A DNA stretch of 64,000 nucleotides from Mobula hypostoma (GCF_963921235.1 NC_086097.1:81160001-81224000); one strand, 5' to 3'; positions 1 through 13,177 are shown, numbered from the stretch's first letter. Notes: generated by a model from the sequence alone, not told the origin. Made by a program: numbers and translations.

Positions 1-1569
1 CTATTCAGTTAAATATATCAAATGGATTACTCTGGTAATCCAAACTAGTTCAACAGAAAGAAAATATCCGCACTGAAACCTAACCTTTCACTCAAGTATT
101 TCAAAAAGACAACTAAGCTGCTGCTTGCAATGCCAAAGAGTCGACAGTGGATTTGATGACTGACTCCATTGTCAAGAATTGGTCTCAATGACTCTTGTAT
201 TAACTAAACTTTGAATCAAGATTGCATTACACACACACTCCTCAGCTTCCAGCCCATTTTTTCTAAGCCTTCTGTTCTTCAGTTATACATAAAGGCACAA
301 TCCATATCACATACTTCTGACCTTGGTGAAACACAGCCTTATTCTTTTTTGATCCTGCAATGGCTGTGATGAATTTAGTTTCACAATTTTTTTAGTTTAT
401 TTGGTAACTCAGCAAACATCTTACACCATTAAGCTGGGGAACAGACAATTTTTGATAATTGGCAAAGAAATTCTTGAAGAGTTTCCCCTTTTGACTAAAA
501 ACACAGGGTAATATAAATAGAAAAAGCGTAAGTCAGTTAGGTCGTCTAATAGAAACAATGTGAGTAAGCCTCAACTAGATTCAGGCTTCAGAATGTGGAA
601 GGCCAGTGAGGACTTGATTATCTAGAAATACATTCCCAGTTGGTCGCACTAAGATATAAACCAAATACAATGTGTTATTCCAAAATTCATTAAATTCTGT
701 ACAGAATTTCAGAGGTCAGTATAACGCACTGATACTTCTTTGTTTTGTATTTAACACTGCCAACAAAGGGTGAATTTCAAGGCAATTTTCTTTATATCAA
801 GTAATACGCATCTGAATAAGGGATGGACAGGTTGTTTATTACTTAAATTAAGACAAGCTGTGATTTAAGTTTTGAAAGTGATTGCCCAGTAGCTTCACCC
901 ATTACGAAATAAAGTGGTTTCACAAGATCACATCTTTCTCAAATAAAGCGTTTCCACATCCAAAACAACTGAGGGAACTTACAGTATATGATATTCAACA
1001 ACATACAGTAAATGAGAATTGCAATATTCACTTTGTACATCAAAGGAAAGCATGTTTATCCTGGATTATAGCATCAGTCAGTAGGTAACAGCCCCTACAT
1101 TGACTCCAGTTTGTATGTAGCATGATCAAAAAAAGGAACAACTGGTATTGCCTAATCCAAGAAGGAATTTAATGGTGATGCAGTGCCACTGACAGACATC
1201 AAAATGGCAAATATCACCAGGTAAACCAGATTTCAAAGTACTCACAGCAGATTTCTGAAGTTTTTCTGCAATGCCATCAATGAGGTAACTCTCCAATAAC
1301 CCCTGTAATCTCTTTACATCTAGTCAGATTTTAGATAAATTATAGCATTTGTGAACACAAGCCAAATGATAAAGAGCAGCACAATAGTGGTGTACTTTGA
1401 AGGGGTAAGGGCACAGAAAATGTGACACAAATTATTATGATGATGCCACTTTATGCTCCGGGTTACGAGAATTTTGATAAACCACTAAAAGCTTTGATTT
1501 AACATTGTTTAGTAGCATTTCCAGGACATGTGTAAAGGAGAACAGAATATTTGTAACTACAGATCTGAT

Positions 1570-1875
1570 AATGCAGCATATAAAAACAGATTAAAATAAA
1601 TAACACAATAACTTAAAAAAAGAAACACAATATAAATATAAGAGACAGCTTATATACATCGATTGAATGTGTGTACATGAAGTGACACTAGGTGCAGCAG
1701 TGTCTGTATGTAAGATGACTGACAGGAAGTGATAAAGTAGTGGTTGTCGACGGTATGATCAGCTGGGTTAGTGGGTGGAGGTGCTGATTCATCTTACTGT
1801 TCAGGGAAAGTATTGGTCCTGGTGTAGATGCGCCATAGCCTTCTCCCTGAGGAAAGTGCCTCAAACAGGCCATGA
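1570..1875 (-). mobile_element. Rex1/Babar-type LINE, degraded 3' end
   Basis: Minus strand near 1875-1815 reads HGLFEALSSGRRLWRIYTRT, resembling the H.LF..LPSG(K/R)R.RSI C-terminus of the 36039-36761 ORF; followed by an AT-rich 3' UTR. Ends approximate. Confidence 0.55.
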
Positions 1876-1930
1876 TGTACCGTGTATTTTTCCCCAGGCT
1901 ACAAAATTTACTTTCAAGTTCTTGATGAAT

Positions 1931-3405
1931 TAAGACCATAAGACAAAGGAGCAGAAGTCAGCCATTCGGCCCATCGAATCTGCTGCGCCATTTTATCATG
2001 AGCTGATCCATTCTCCCATTTAGTCCCACTCCCCCACCTTCTTACCATAACCCTTGATGCCCTGGCTACTCAGATACCTATCAATCTCTGCCTTAAATAC
2101 ACCCAATGACTTGGCCTCCACTGCTCCCGTGGCAACAAATTCCATAGATTCACCACCCTCTGACTAAAAAAATTTCTTCGCATTTCTGTGCTGAATGGGC
2201 GCTCTTCAATCCTTAAGTCATGCCCTCTCGTACTAGACTCCCCCATCATGGGAAACAACTTTGCCACATCCACTTTGTCCACGCCGTTCAACATTCGAAA
2301 TGTTTCTATGAGGTCTCCCCTCATTCTTCTAAACTCCAAGGAATACAGTCCAAGAGCAGACAAACGTTCCTCATATGTTAACCCTCTCATTCCCAGAATC
2401 ATTCTAGTGAATCTTCTCTGTACCCTCTCCAACGTCAGCACATCCTTTCTTAAATAAGGAGACCAAAACTGCCCACAGTACTCCAAGTGAGGTCTCGCCA
2501 GCGCCTTATAGAGCCTCAACATCAAATCCCTGCTCCTATACTCTATTCCTCTAGAAATGAATGCCAACATTGCATTCGCCTTCTTCACTACCGACTCAAC
2601 CTGGAGGTTAACCTTAAGGGTATCCTGTACGAGGACTCTCAAGTACCGTTGCATCTCAGAACTTTGAATTCTTTCCCCATTTAAATAGTAGTCTGCCCGG
2701 TTATTTCTTCTGCCAAAGTGCATAACCATACACTTTCCAACATTGTATTTCATTTGCCACTTCTTTGCCCATTCTTCCAATCTATCCAAGTCTCTCTGCA
2801 GACTCTCCGTTTCCTCAGCACTACCAGCTCCTCCACCTATCTTTGTATCATGAGCAAACTTAGCCACAAATTCATCTATTCCATAATCCAAATCGTTGAT
2901 GTACAATGTAAAAAGAAGCGGCCCCAACATGGACCCCTGTGGAACACCACTGGTAACCGGCAGCCAACCAGAATAGGATCCCTTTATTCCCACTCTCTGT
3001 TTCCTGCCAATCAGCCAAGGCTCCATCCACGTATGTAACTTACCCGTAATTCCATGGGTTCTTATCTTGTTAAGCAGCCTCATGTGTGGCATCTTGTCAA
3101 AGGCCTTCTGAAAATCCAAATATACAACATCCACTGTATCTCCCTTGTCTAGCCTACTGGTAATTTCCTCAAAAAATTGTAATAGGTTTGTCAGGCAGGA
3201 TTTTCCTTTAAGGAATCCATGCTGAGTTCTGCCTATCTTGTCATATGCCTCCAGGTACTCTGTAACCTTATCCTTGACAATTGACTCCAACAACTTCCCA
3301 ACCACCGATGTCAAGCTAACAGGTCTATAATTTCCTTTTTGCTTCCTTGCCCCTTTCTTAAATAGCGGAGTGACATTTGCAATCTTCCAGACCTCTGGAA
3401 CCATT
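1931..3405 (-). mobile_element. CR1 LINE, 5'-truncated (RT region + 3' UTR)
   Basis: Carries ORF 2070-3440 with CR1 ORF2 motifs; the 3' end shows a TCTTATGG-type repeat (taagaccataagac on +). Confidence 0.93.
2070..3405 (-). pseudogene. CR1 ORF2 reverse transcriptase fragment
   Basis: NYRPVSLTSVVGKLLE, HGFLKGKSCLTNL, YLDFQKAFD, GVPQGSMLGPLLF, LYKALARPHLEYC. Catalytic FADD reads FAHD, there is no endonuclease domain, and the C-terminus is frameshifted. Confidence 0.9.
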
Positions 3406-3885
3406 GTTCCTATCTCATCTTTGTTACCCCATACATCCACCTATGAATTGCAGGATGCTTGGTAAATTGAATCATTCCAATTTTTGTAACCATAGCTTTT
3501 CACAATACCTGTACAAGACTGCATAAGAATGTTTTAATTCACCTTTCCCAAATATGTCTTGCAAATAAAATACCCAACACCAAAACTGCTGTGTTTTCTT
3601 ACGTTACAACTCTGCAGACCTATTGACCCAGTTGTGATATTAGCATCAGTTGCACATACCATTGTGCCTTATCCTATTTTCAATATTTTATCATACTTAC
3701 CTATTAACTATCATGCTTGTGTTTATTTCACTTCAATAATGGTCACTCTAATCTTGTTTGAAGGTGACCAACTGTCTAAAGGTAAACTTCTAACAGCAAA
3801 TGTGAATATCCAAGATTAAAACTACCTGCTCCTCACAATGGCCGATTCATGACAAGTTCTACTGCTGGACAGAATACAACTTACA

Positions 3886-4406
3886 CAGACATCCAACCTC
3901 TCCCGGAAGTTCTGGGAGTCTCCCACATATTAATAGTGGCTCCCTGATGCCCACAAATTATATACAATGTCCCTGAAATCAATTTTTTTTGAGAGCGAGC
4001 GAGAGAGCAAAAGAGAGAGAGACAGAGAGAGAGCGCGAGCGCACGTGCACGCCATGGTAGAGTGTTCCAAAAAAAGAAAATATAACACGTACGTCACCCC
4101 AGACTACACTAATGTGTACCCCTGCCTAATAGGGGTCAAAAATAATGACAGTGTTGCTCGCTGCTCTGTTTGCAACAGTGACTTTTCTATTGCCCATGAT
4201 GGGTTAAGACTGTAAAGGACATGTTGAGGTGAGTTTAACAGGTGTCATTCGTTCATTAGCATAGCGGACGTTATTTAAACAAGCTGGCTAGCTGCTAAGG
4301 AGCTAGTCTATTGCTGACATCTCACCTCTCCCGGAAGTTCCGGGAGTCTCCTACAAATAGATGGTGCTACCTCCCTGAAATGAGTTTTTGCAGGGTGGGA
4401 TGACTG
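3886..4406 (+). mobile_element. Non-autonomous DNA transposon (hAT-like) with BED-finger remnant
   Basis: Imperfect TIRs (CAGACATCCAACC at 3886; GGTGGGATGACTG ending 4406); CTTACA on both flanks (3880-3885, 4407-4412); internal YPCL..ARCSVCNSDFSIAHDG../DCKGH zinc-finger-like peptide followed by GTGAGT. Confidence 0.75.
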
Positions 4407-4492
4407 CTTACATATATTGTGTTCTGTTACAAAGAAACAAACCACAATGCACAGACAAACATAGAAATGCCCCTGATTGCGCAGGTTCATCT

Positions 4493-5565
4493 ACATAGAA
4501 CATAGAACATAGAATAGTACAGCACAGTACAGGCCCTTCGGCCCACAATGTTGTGCCGACCCTCAAACCCTGCCTCCCATATAACCCCCGCCTTAGATTC
4601 CTCCATATACCTGTCTAGTAGTCTCTTAAACTTCACTAGTGTATCTGCCTCCACCACTGACTCAGGCAGTGCATTCCACGCACCAACCACTCTCTGAGTA
4701 AAAAACCTTCCTCTAATATCCCCTTTGAACTTCCCACCCCTTACCTTAAAGCCATGTCCTCTTGTATTGAGCAGTGGTGTCCTGGGGAAGAGGCGCTGGC
4801 TATCCACTCTATCTATTCCTCTTATTATCTTGTACACGTCTATCATGTCTCCTCTCATCCTCCTTCTCTCCAAAGAGTAAAGCCCTAGCTCCCTTAATCT
4901 CTGATCATAATGCATACTTTCTAAACCAGGCAGCATCCTGGTAAATCTCCTCTGTACCCTTTCCAGTGCTTCCACATCCTTCCTATAGTGAGGTGACCAG
5001 AACTGGACACAATACTCCAAGTGTGGCCTAACCAGAGTTTTATAGAGCTGCATCATTACATCGCGACTCTTAAACTCTATCCTTCGACTTATGAAAGCTA
5101 ACACCCCATAAGCTTTCTTAACTACCCCATCCACCTGTGAGGCAACTTTCAGGGATCTGTGGACATGTACCCCGAGATCCCTCTGCTCCTCCACACTACC
5201 AAGTACCCTGCCATTTACTTTGTACTCTGCCTTGGAGTTTGTCCTTCCAAAGTGTACCACCTCACACTTCTCCGGGTTGAACTCCATCTGCCACTTCTCA
5301 GCCCACTTCTGCATCCTATCAATGTCTCTCTGCAATCTTTGACAATCCTCTACACTATCAACAACACTACCAACCTTTGTGTCATCTGCAAACTTGCCAA
5401 CCCACCCTTCTACCCCCACATCCAGGTCGTTAATAAAAATCACGAAAAGTAGAGGTCCCAGAACAGATCCTTGTGGGACACCACTAGTCACAATCCTCCA
5501 ATCTGAATGTACTCCCTCCACCACCCACCCTCTGCCTTCTGCAGGCAAGCCAATTCTGAATCCAC
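4493..5565 (-). mobile_element. CR1 LINE, 5'-truncated, young subfamily with (TTCTATG)n tail
   Basis: ORF 4487-5548: GVPQGSVLGPLLF, KFADDTK, WAEKWQMEFN, LVRPHLEYC; (catagaa)3 tail on +; closely similar to the copy at 39288-40917. Confidence 0.95.
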
Positions 5566-6034
5566 AAGTGTAAGCATATAAAGAAATTCTATTTCATACC
5601 CTTGTAAAACTTCTCAAACAATAAAATGTTGCAGCAAGATCTCTTTCAATATTAACTGACAGTCATCCAGGGAAATGCTTTCTGAAGGTGTTGATTCTAT
5701 TAAATAATTACAAGTGAATTATTTTGAGACAAGTGTGTGACAGGGAATGATATTTTCATTTTGTTTTTAAATTGTGAATTGGGCTTCGAATTACTGAACT
5801 GCCAGTTTAACAACCAGACCCATTGAAAATCTGCGTTGCATTCAGCAAGAGAACAATACAGAAAAAATGGTAACAGTATGAGAATACAATCAGTGCCAGA
5901 CAAATGAGGAGTGGGCATGGGCCGATCCCATTTTGCATTTTCTTAAAGCATGCAACTACTAATGCTGTAAGACAGCACCATCACCACAACAACAGCAGTT
6001 CACAAAGCTAGGAAAAGGTGAAGCAATAAAGAAC

Positions 6035-6650
6035 TAGATTATGAAGACACACAGTCCTCTTTTATTGTCATTTAGTAATGCATGCATTAAGAAATGATAC
6101 AATATTTCCTCCGGTGTGATATCACAAAACACAGGACAGACCAAGACTGAAAAAAAACTAACAAAACCACATAATTATAACATATAGTTACAACAGTGCA
6201 ACAATACCATAACTTGATGAAGAAGTCCAGGAGCACAGTAAAAGTTCAAAGTCTCTCAAATGTCCCACATCTCACACAGACGGGAGAAGGAAGAACTCTT
6301 CCTGCCATGCCGACCACAGTCCGACTCTGAGTCATCCAAAAACTTAGAGCTCTGATCAGCTCTCTGACACCGAGTACTGAGCGCCATCTCTGTCCAAACG
6401 ATTCAACCTCAATCTCGGTCGCCAACAGCAGGCAAAGCCAGGGATTTTGGGGCCTACCCTCCAAAAGATTCACGACCATGCAGTAACAACAGCAGCGAAC
6501 GAGCGTTTCAGAAATTTCTCCAGATGTTCCTCTGTTCTTTCACGTCCCCCTCCATCAAATCAGAATTGTCCACGGCCCCTATTTAATGGATACGATATCA
6601 TTTTTCACCGGAGGGCTGTGCACTCTCTCTCTCCTCCCGGCCTTTTAGGG
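6035..6650 (-). mobile_element. Non-autonomous, non-coding retroelement (same family as 15643-16303)
   Basis: Reverse complement aligns by eye with 15643-16303 in both the 5' part (gaggaacatctgg.gaaa.ttctgaaa) and the ~200-bp 3' tail (aatgcatgcatt.ctaaatgacaataaa.gaggactg.gtgtc.tcataatcta). Confidence 0.75.
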
Positions 6651-6669
6651 TGACATATAGCAATCCACA

Positions 6670-7790
6670 GCACTTAAATTAACATCCAAAGTGAGCCTCT
6701 GATGCTGTTTCACATGGTAGACTGCAATATAAAGTTAGATTGCTTAGGATGCAGGGATAGCTGGCTAATTTGATGCACAATTGGCATAGGGAGTGGTGGG
6801 AGATGGTAGAAGGCTCTTTTTCAGACTGGAGACCCTTGACAAGTGGCGTTTCCCAGAGTTTAGAGCCTGGCTCATGGCTATTCGTCATGTATATCAATGA
6901 TCTGGATAAGAATATACAAGGCATATTTAGTGAGTTTGCAAATCACATTAAAATAGGAGGAGTTGTAGATAGTGGAGATGGTTATCAAGAATTACAGAGG
7001 GCCCTTTTCTGTAAACGGGCCACAGAATGTCAAATGGATTTTAATTCGGCTAGGTGCCATGTGTTGGCAATTTGATTGGACATTCAAAGTGAATGGTAAG
7101 GTCCTGGGGAGTGTGGTAGAACAGAAGTTCTCTGAAAGGGGCATCACAGGTAGACAGGGTATTGACGAAGGCTTTTACCACACTGGCTTTGTCAGTCAGG
7201 AAACTGAGTTAAAGAAGTTGGGATGTTATATCACAGTTATACAAACTGTTGGTGAGACAGGTTTGGAATGCTGTGTTCTCTTTTGGTTACCTTCCTATCG
7301 GAAATATGTGATTAATCTGGAAAGGGTTCAGATTCATGATTGACGAGGCTTTTGCTGGGTGTCAACGGATTGAGTTATGGACAGGTTGAGCAGGTTGAGA
7401 TTTTGTTCATTGGAGCACCAAGGGTGATCTTATAGAGGTGCACAAAAAAAAAATCATGGGGGCACAGGTATGGTGAAAGCTCAATCTTTTTCCTAGGGAT
7501 GGGGAAATAAGAACTAGAGGGCATAGGTTTAAGGCAAGAGAGGAAAGATTTACAAGGAAATTGAAGGACAACATTTTCACCCAGAGCATGGTCAATATAT
7601 GGAACGAGCTGCCAGAGGAAATGGCTGAGGCAGGTTCTTTTACAAAATTTAAAAGACACTTGGACAGGTACATGGATAAAAAATATTTAAAAGGATATGG
7701 GACAAATCCAGGTAAATGGGACCAATGTAGATGGGAATCATGGTTAACACAGACCAGATGGGCTGCAGAGCCTACTTTCATACTGCATGG
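6670..7790 (+). mobile_element. CR1 LINE, degraded RT region and 3' UTR
   Basis: VEGSFSDWRPLTSGVSQ, MYINDLD, FANHIKIGG, FTQSMVNIWNELPE, FKRHLDRYM spread across shifting frames. Confidence 0.85.
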
Positions 7791-9251
7791 CTTTACGATG
7801 GATGCTAGGAACCTGTACTTGACCATGTCCAACATTGGCAGTTAATGCCATTTACACATTAAGATAAATTCTGTTGGTTGCACTTTGCCAGATAAACCGA
7901 GCTCCCTCTTATTGTGGTTTCAGTGAACTGTATCCCAGTGGTACTGACTGATAAACAGAATTGGACAGCAGATGAGAGCTGCACATACACAGACATACTC
8001 AAATTTGACTCTGGTTTACAATATATTGCTTGCTGTGCAGCTTCTAAATGTAATATATACAGCTTATCTAATTAAACACAGTGTTGACCACAGAGCCTTG
8101 GATATAGCTGCTATGTCACTTAAAACTGAGGAAAGCTTCGCAGCACAGTCAGCTATTGTGGACTGGCAATAGAATTTGACAAGTGATTGTATGGGTAGAC
8201 ACATAATAAGAATCTGAAGAATGTTACATTTTATTTAGTCAACTGTGGATGAAGCTTGCAATTTCAAATTTTTTGCCTGAATTGTTTATTATCTCTGCAG
8301 AGACTGCCAACACTTTAATGATGGCCATTCATTCTCATTCATAAGCTCATCTTCTACACAATTCAGATCTCTTAATAAATCCTTGAAGCTATTTTGTCAT
8401 CAGTTATTCTCTTCAGACCCATAACATAATTCAACAGGATATTCTGGGCCACATTCCTTCCTCAGTCAGCATCACCAATAACAGGAGAACTGATCACCCA
8501 TCTCAAAGCATTGGATTTGATTTTAATTTAGCAAAAGATGAACGTTTTGTTTGCGTTCTCATAGTGAAGGATGAAAGCACATGCTAAGTTCAAGCTTCTT
8601 TAAAAGGTCATGCCTATTTGAAATAAAAACAGAAAATGAAGGAACAACTCACGTCGTCAGGTAGTTGAGGAACTTAATTAACATTTCCGATCATACAGTC
8701 ACAGAGAACCACAGCACAGAAACAGGCCTTTTGGACCATCTAGCCCATGATGAACTATTAATCTGCCTTTTCCATTGGCCTGCGCCCACACCATAGCCTT
8801 CCCACCCACTTATCTATCCAAATTTATTTTAAACGTTGAAATCAAATTTGCATCCACCACTTCTCGTTCCACAGAACGAGAGCTCGTTCCACACTCTCAC
8901 CACTCCGAGTGAGGAAGCTCCCCCCATGTTCCTCTTATACTATTAGCCTATGTCCTCTAGTTCAAATCTCACCAAACTTTAGTGGGAAAAGCCTGCTTGC
9001 ATCTATAACCTTAGAATTTTGTATACCTCTATCAAATCTTCCCTAATTCTTCTATGCTCTAGGGAATAAAGTCCTAACCTGTTCAGAATTTCCCAAAAAC
9101 TCATGCTGTCAAGTCCTGTCACCATCTTTGTAAATTTCCTCTGCACTTGTTCAATCGTAGTGGCAGCTTTTCTGTAAGTAGGTGACAAGAACTGCACACG
9201 ATGTTCCAAATTAGGCTTCACAAACATCTTATACAACTTCAATATAACATC

Positions 9252-9943
9252 TGGAGCAGAATCACGGTTAATATCACAGGCGTATGTATATAAAATATAT
9301 AATATATTTATATAAAGTATATACATTAAAAAATTAAATTAAATAAGTAGTGCAAATGGAGATGTAAAATAATAGTGAGGTAGTGTTCATGGGTTCACTG
9401 TACATACAGAAATCTGATGGCGGAGGGGAAGAAGCTGTTCCTGAAACGTTGAGTGTGTGTCTTCAGGCTCCTCTACCTCCTCCTTGATGGTAGCAATGGG
9501 AAGACGGAATGCCCTGGATGACAGGGGTCCGTAATGATGGACCCTTTTTGAGGAGGCGCCTTTTGAAGGTGCCCTGGATGACGGGGGTCCATAATGATGG
9601 ACCCTATTTGAGGAGGCCCCTTTTGAAGGTGCCCTGGATGACGGGGGTCCTTAATGATGGACCCTTTTTGAGATGGCGTCTTTTGAAGGTGCCCTGTATG
9701 CTGGGGAGGTTAGTGCCCATGATGAAGCTGGGCCGAGTTTCCAACTTTTTACAGCTTTTTCTGTTGCTGTGCAGTGATCCCTCCACACCAGACAGTGATG
9801 CGGCCAGTTAAAATACTCGCCACGGTACATCAATAGAAACTTGTGAGTGTCATTGGTGACATACCAAATCTCCTCAAACTTCTTATGAAATGTAGCCACT
9901 TTTGTGCCTTCTTTGTTGGGCATCAATATGTTGGGCCCAAGTG
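9252..9943 (-). mobile_element. Rex1/Babar-type LINE 3' fragment nested in CR1
   Basis: Minus-strand SIMGTNLPSIQGTFKRRHLKK and similarity to the Rex1-type copies at 13178-14250 and 38612-41340. Confidence 0.75.
9510..9700. repeat. 60-bp tandem triplication inside the Rex1-type fragment
   Basis: tgccctggatgacrggggtcc.taatgatggaccct.tttgag..ggc..cttttgaagg repeats with an exact 60-nt period, 3 copies plus a partial fourth. Confidence 0.95.
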
Positions 9944-11169
9944 ACATCACTTTCTAAGAATAATGGATATGCACTTCCAGATCTCTCTGTTCCACTGAAC
10001 CCCCTTAGAATACTTTCCAATAACACCCATGGCCAAGGACACTTTAATTGTCTCTGCTGGAGCTCCTACAATTTCTATACTAACCTCTCACAGGGTTCAA
10101 AGGAACACATTGTCAGGCCCGGGGGAACTATTCAACCTACTTTGCCTCAAGACAGCAAACACCTCCTCTGTAATCTGTATATGGTCCACGACCTCACTGC
10201 TGCTTTGCTTCACTTCTATAGATTCTCCCAACTAAATACAGATGTAAAAAGTCCATTTAAGATCTCCCCCGTCTCTTTCCACTCCACGTAAAGATGACCA
10301 CTCTCATCTTTCAGAGGACCAATTTTGTCCCTTGCTATCCTTTTGCTTTTAATATGTTTGTAGAAACCCTTGGGATTCCCCTTCACCTTTCTTGCTAGAG
10401 CACCTCCTGTCCTCTTAATCCCACCTGATTTCCTTCTTAAGTGCATTTCTTGCATTACTCAATCTTTCGAAAACCAAGGTTCCCTAAGCCTGTTATCATT
10501 GCCATTTATTTTGACAGGAACAGACAAACACTGTACTTTCAAAATTTCACTTTTGAAGGTCTTCCACTTATGAAGTACACTTTTGCCAGAAAATAACCTG
10601 TCCCATTCCACACTTGCCAGATCCTTTCTGATACCATCAAACATGGCCTTTAGAATCTCAACTCAAGGATTAGACCTATCCTTTCCCATAATTATCATGA
10701 AACTAATGGCATTATGAACACTAGTCGCAAGGTGCTCCCTCCACAAACTTCGATCATCTGTTCTGTCTCATTCTCTAATAGATCTAGTACGCACTCCTTC
10801 TAGTTGGGACCTCCATGTACTGAATAAGAAACTTCCCTGAATGTAGTTGACAAACCCTATTGCATCCAGCCCTTTTACAGTACGGGGGTCCCAGCCAATA
10901 TATGGAAAGTTCAAAACCACCTATCACAACCTTGTTTCCTTAAGGGAAAATCTTGCCTGACAAACCTGTTGGAATTCTTTGAGGAAATAACAAGCAGGAT
11001 AGACAAAGGAGAATTGGTGGATGCTGTGTACTTGAATTTTCAAAAGGCCTTTGACAAGATGTCACATACGAGGCTGCTTAGCAAGATTTATTTATCCCAT
11101 GTCATAACAGGAAAAATACTAGCATGAATAGAACATTGGCTGATTGGCAGGAGGCAAAGAATGGGAATA

Positions 11170-12101
11170 AAGATGGCGCCAGTCCATAACAATTCCTCGG
11201 GCGACATCTTCCAGTTTTTTCTACACCTTCTACTTATTCTTATTATCTTAATTGCAGTCTCCAGTTCGACTGAGTGAGCTAGTGCTCTGCTGTCCTGAGA
11301 AAACTCCAGGAGAGAAATGCAAGCATGAGCTACCACAGGGAGTAGCTCAGAGACGAGATGAGGGGCCATGATCAACTACATTTCTCACTGATTAAATCGT
11401 CGAGGAAGATTGAAACACCTGGGCAAAGGCGGAGAAGAGCAAGCGGTTCTCAGAAATGCTGCTGGGTTCCAGTCTCTGCCCTCGGAGAGGCAGCTGGTTC
11501 AACTCGCTGCCCTTGGAGGGGCCACTGGTTCACGTCACTCCCTTAGAAGGGCCACTGGTTTGAGTCGCTGCCGGAGGGGCTGCTAGTTTGAGTCACTGCC
11601 CTCGGAGGGGCCGCTGGTTCCAGTAAAAACCCTCGGAGGGGCTGCAGTTCATGTCACTCCCTTGGAGGGGCCACTGGTTCCAGTCTCTGCCCTCGGAGGT
11701 GCTGCTGGTTCGAGCCCCCTTGGAGATTCTGCAATTTATGGATTGGATTGTAGTTCAAACTAACTCTAGTTCATACTGGCCTCTTTCAGTTCTATGTTTT
11801 TTTTCCATGTTCTTGCCCATTCTTTCTTCTTGCTGATTGGAGGGTTAGGGTTTTGGGGTTTATTATTCTTGATGTTTCTCCATGTGGGTGATCTTTTAGT
11901 TTTTGTGCGGAGAAGCTGGGGAGGGGGTTAGGGGGTTTGCAAGTTTTTGTATCTTTTTCTTTTCGTGTGGAAGGGTGGGTAATTAATGTCTTTCTTTCAA
12001 CTACTATTGTTTTTCTGTATTTTATGGCTATCTGGAGAAGACAAGTCTCAGAGTTGTTTTCCACATACATACTTTGATATTAAAATCAACCTTTGAACCT
12101 T
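11170..12101 (+). mobile_element. Non-autonomous retroelement with AAGATGGCG start and Rex1-like tail
   Basis: Splits the CR1 between ...atgggaataaag and taaaggaag...; begins AAGATGGCGCC; the tail (tctcagagttgt...catactttgatattaaa...ctttgaac) resembles the tails at 27960-28030, 34500-34570 and 45280-45349. Confidence 0.7.
11458..11726. repeat. Degenerate ~30-bp minisatellite (~9 units)
   Basis: Recurrent gc(c/t)(a/g)ctggtt....tc.ctgccct(c/t)ggaggg units. Confidence 0.85.
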
Positions 12102-13177
12102 TAAAGGAAGACTTTTCTAATCAGCTACAGGGGTGTTCCACAGGGGTTGGTTTAGGGACCACTACTTTTTATGCTGTACATCAATGATTTGGATGATGGA
12201 ATTAATGGGCTTTGTGGCCAAGTTTATGGATGATACAAAGATAAGTGGAGAGGCAGGTAGTGTTGAGGAAGCAAGGAGACTGCCGAAGGAGGTTCACAAA
12301 AATGATTGCTGGATTGAAAGGCTTATCAAATGAGGAGCATCTTATGGCTCTGGGCCTGCGCTCACTGGAATTTAGAAGAATGGGGAGTTATCTCATTAAA
12401 ACCTATTGAATATTAAAAGGTCAGTAGAGTGGATATGGAGAGGATGTTTCCTATGGTGGTGAAGTCTAGGACCAGAGGGAACAAGCTGAAAATAGAGAGA
12501 CATCCATTTAGAATGGAGACTAGGAGGAGTTTCTTTAGACAGAGGTTGGTGAACCTGTGGAATTTGTTGCCACAGTCGGATGAGGCGGCCAGGTCACTGA
12601 GTGCATTGAAGGTGGGGGTTGATACAATTTGATAAGTCAAAGTGTGAAAGGTAGGAGAATGGGGTTGAGAGGGAAATGTGTCAGCCGTGATCAAATGGTA
12701 TAGCAGACTCAATGGGCCTAATGGCCTAAATCTGTTCCATTTTCTTATAGTCTATGGTCTTATGTTTCTCATAACAGTCTTTGGTTTCTCTACAAATTTG
12801 CTCCTCTAATACCTGCAGACTTTTGAGTGGTCTATAATACAATCCCATTAACATGGTTATCCCTTTCTTATTCCTCAGGTCTGAGATCTTTCAGCAGAAC
12901 TGGAAAAAAAGAGAAAGCAAGTTTGTTTTTGGTAGCAGAGAATGTGTGGAGGGATTTATAGAACAAAGGGATCATCTCTGATATGGTAGGACAATGTGAC
13001 AGTAAGAATCAGGTTATGCTCCTTTGTCTGTTTTATGTGTTGCAAATAGCAGGGCTGTGGGAGATGCCCAGCAGGGAAGACAGTCATGCTGGGCGTATCC
13101 TGGAGAAGGAAAAAAGGAGCCAAAATGACAGATGGATGGCAGGTAGGAATGGCCAGTTTTGATACAGATAAAAAAAA

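Larger units (their letters stand above)
8695..10938 (-). mobile_element. CR1 LINE, degraded and internally deleted, interrupted at ~9252-9943
   Basis: LYKMFVKPNLEHRVQFLSP and LGLYSLEHRRIREDLIEVYK (9003-9250); KGNPKGFYKHIKSKR (10216-10455); endonuclease-like VVIGG.NFP segment near 10900-10935. Confidence 0.8.
10935..12765 (+). mobile_element. CR1 LINE, 5'-truncated and internally deleted, interrupted at 11170-12101
   Basis: LKGKSCLTNLLEFFEEIT and YLNFQKAFDK before the insert; GVPQG, FMDDTKI and FFRQRLVNLWNLLP after it; tcttatagtctatggtcttatg tail. Confidence 0.85.

Noticed and set aside
1245..1301. Minus-strand mini-exon reading approximately GLLESYLIDGIAEKLQKSA
   Set aside because: Good donor but purine-rich acceptor context; short enough to arise by chance. 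Coordinates approximate.
11458..11726. CRISPR-like array
   Set aside because: Units are contiguous degenerate tandem repeats without unique spacers; no cas genes; vertebrate-type context.
9945..12765. Single CR1 with a twin-priming 5' inversion (junction ~10938)
   Set aside because: The minus part continues leftward into its own 3' end (8695-9250) and appears to be a different subfamily from the plus part; two independent insertions is simpler.
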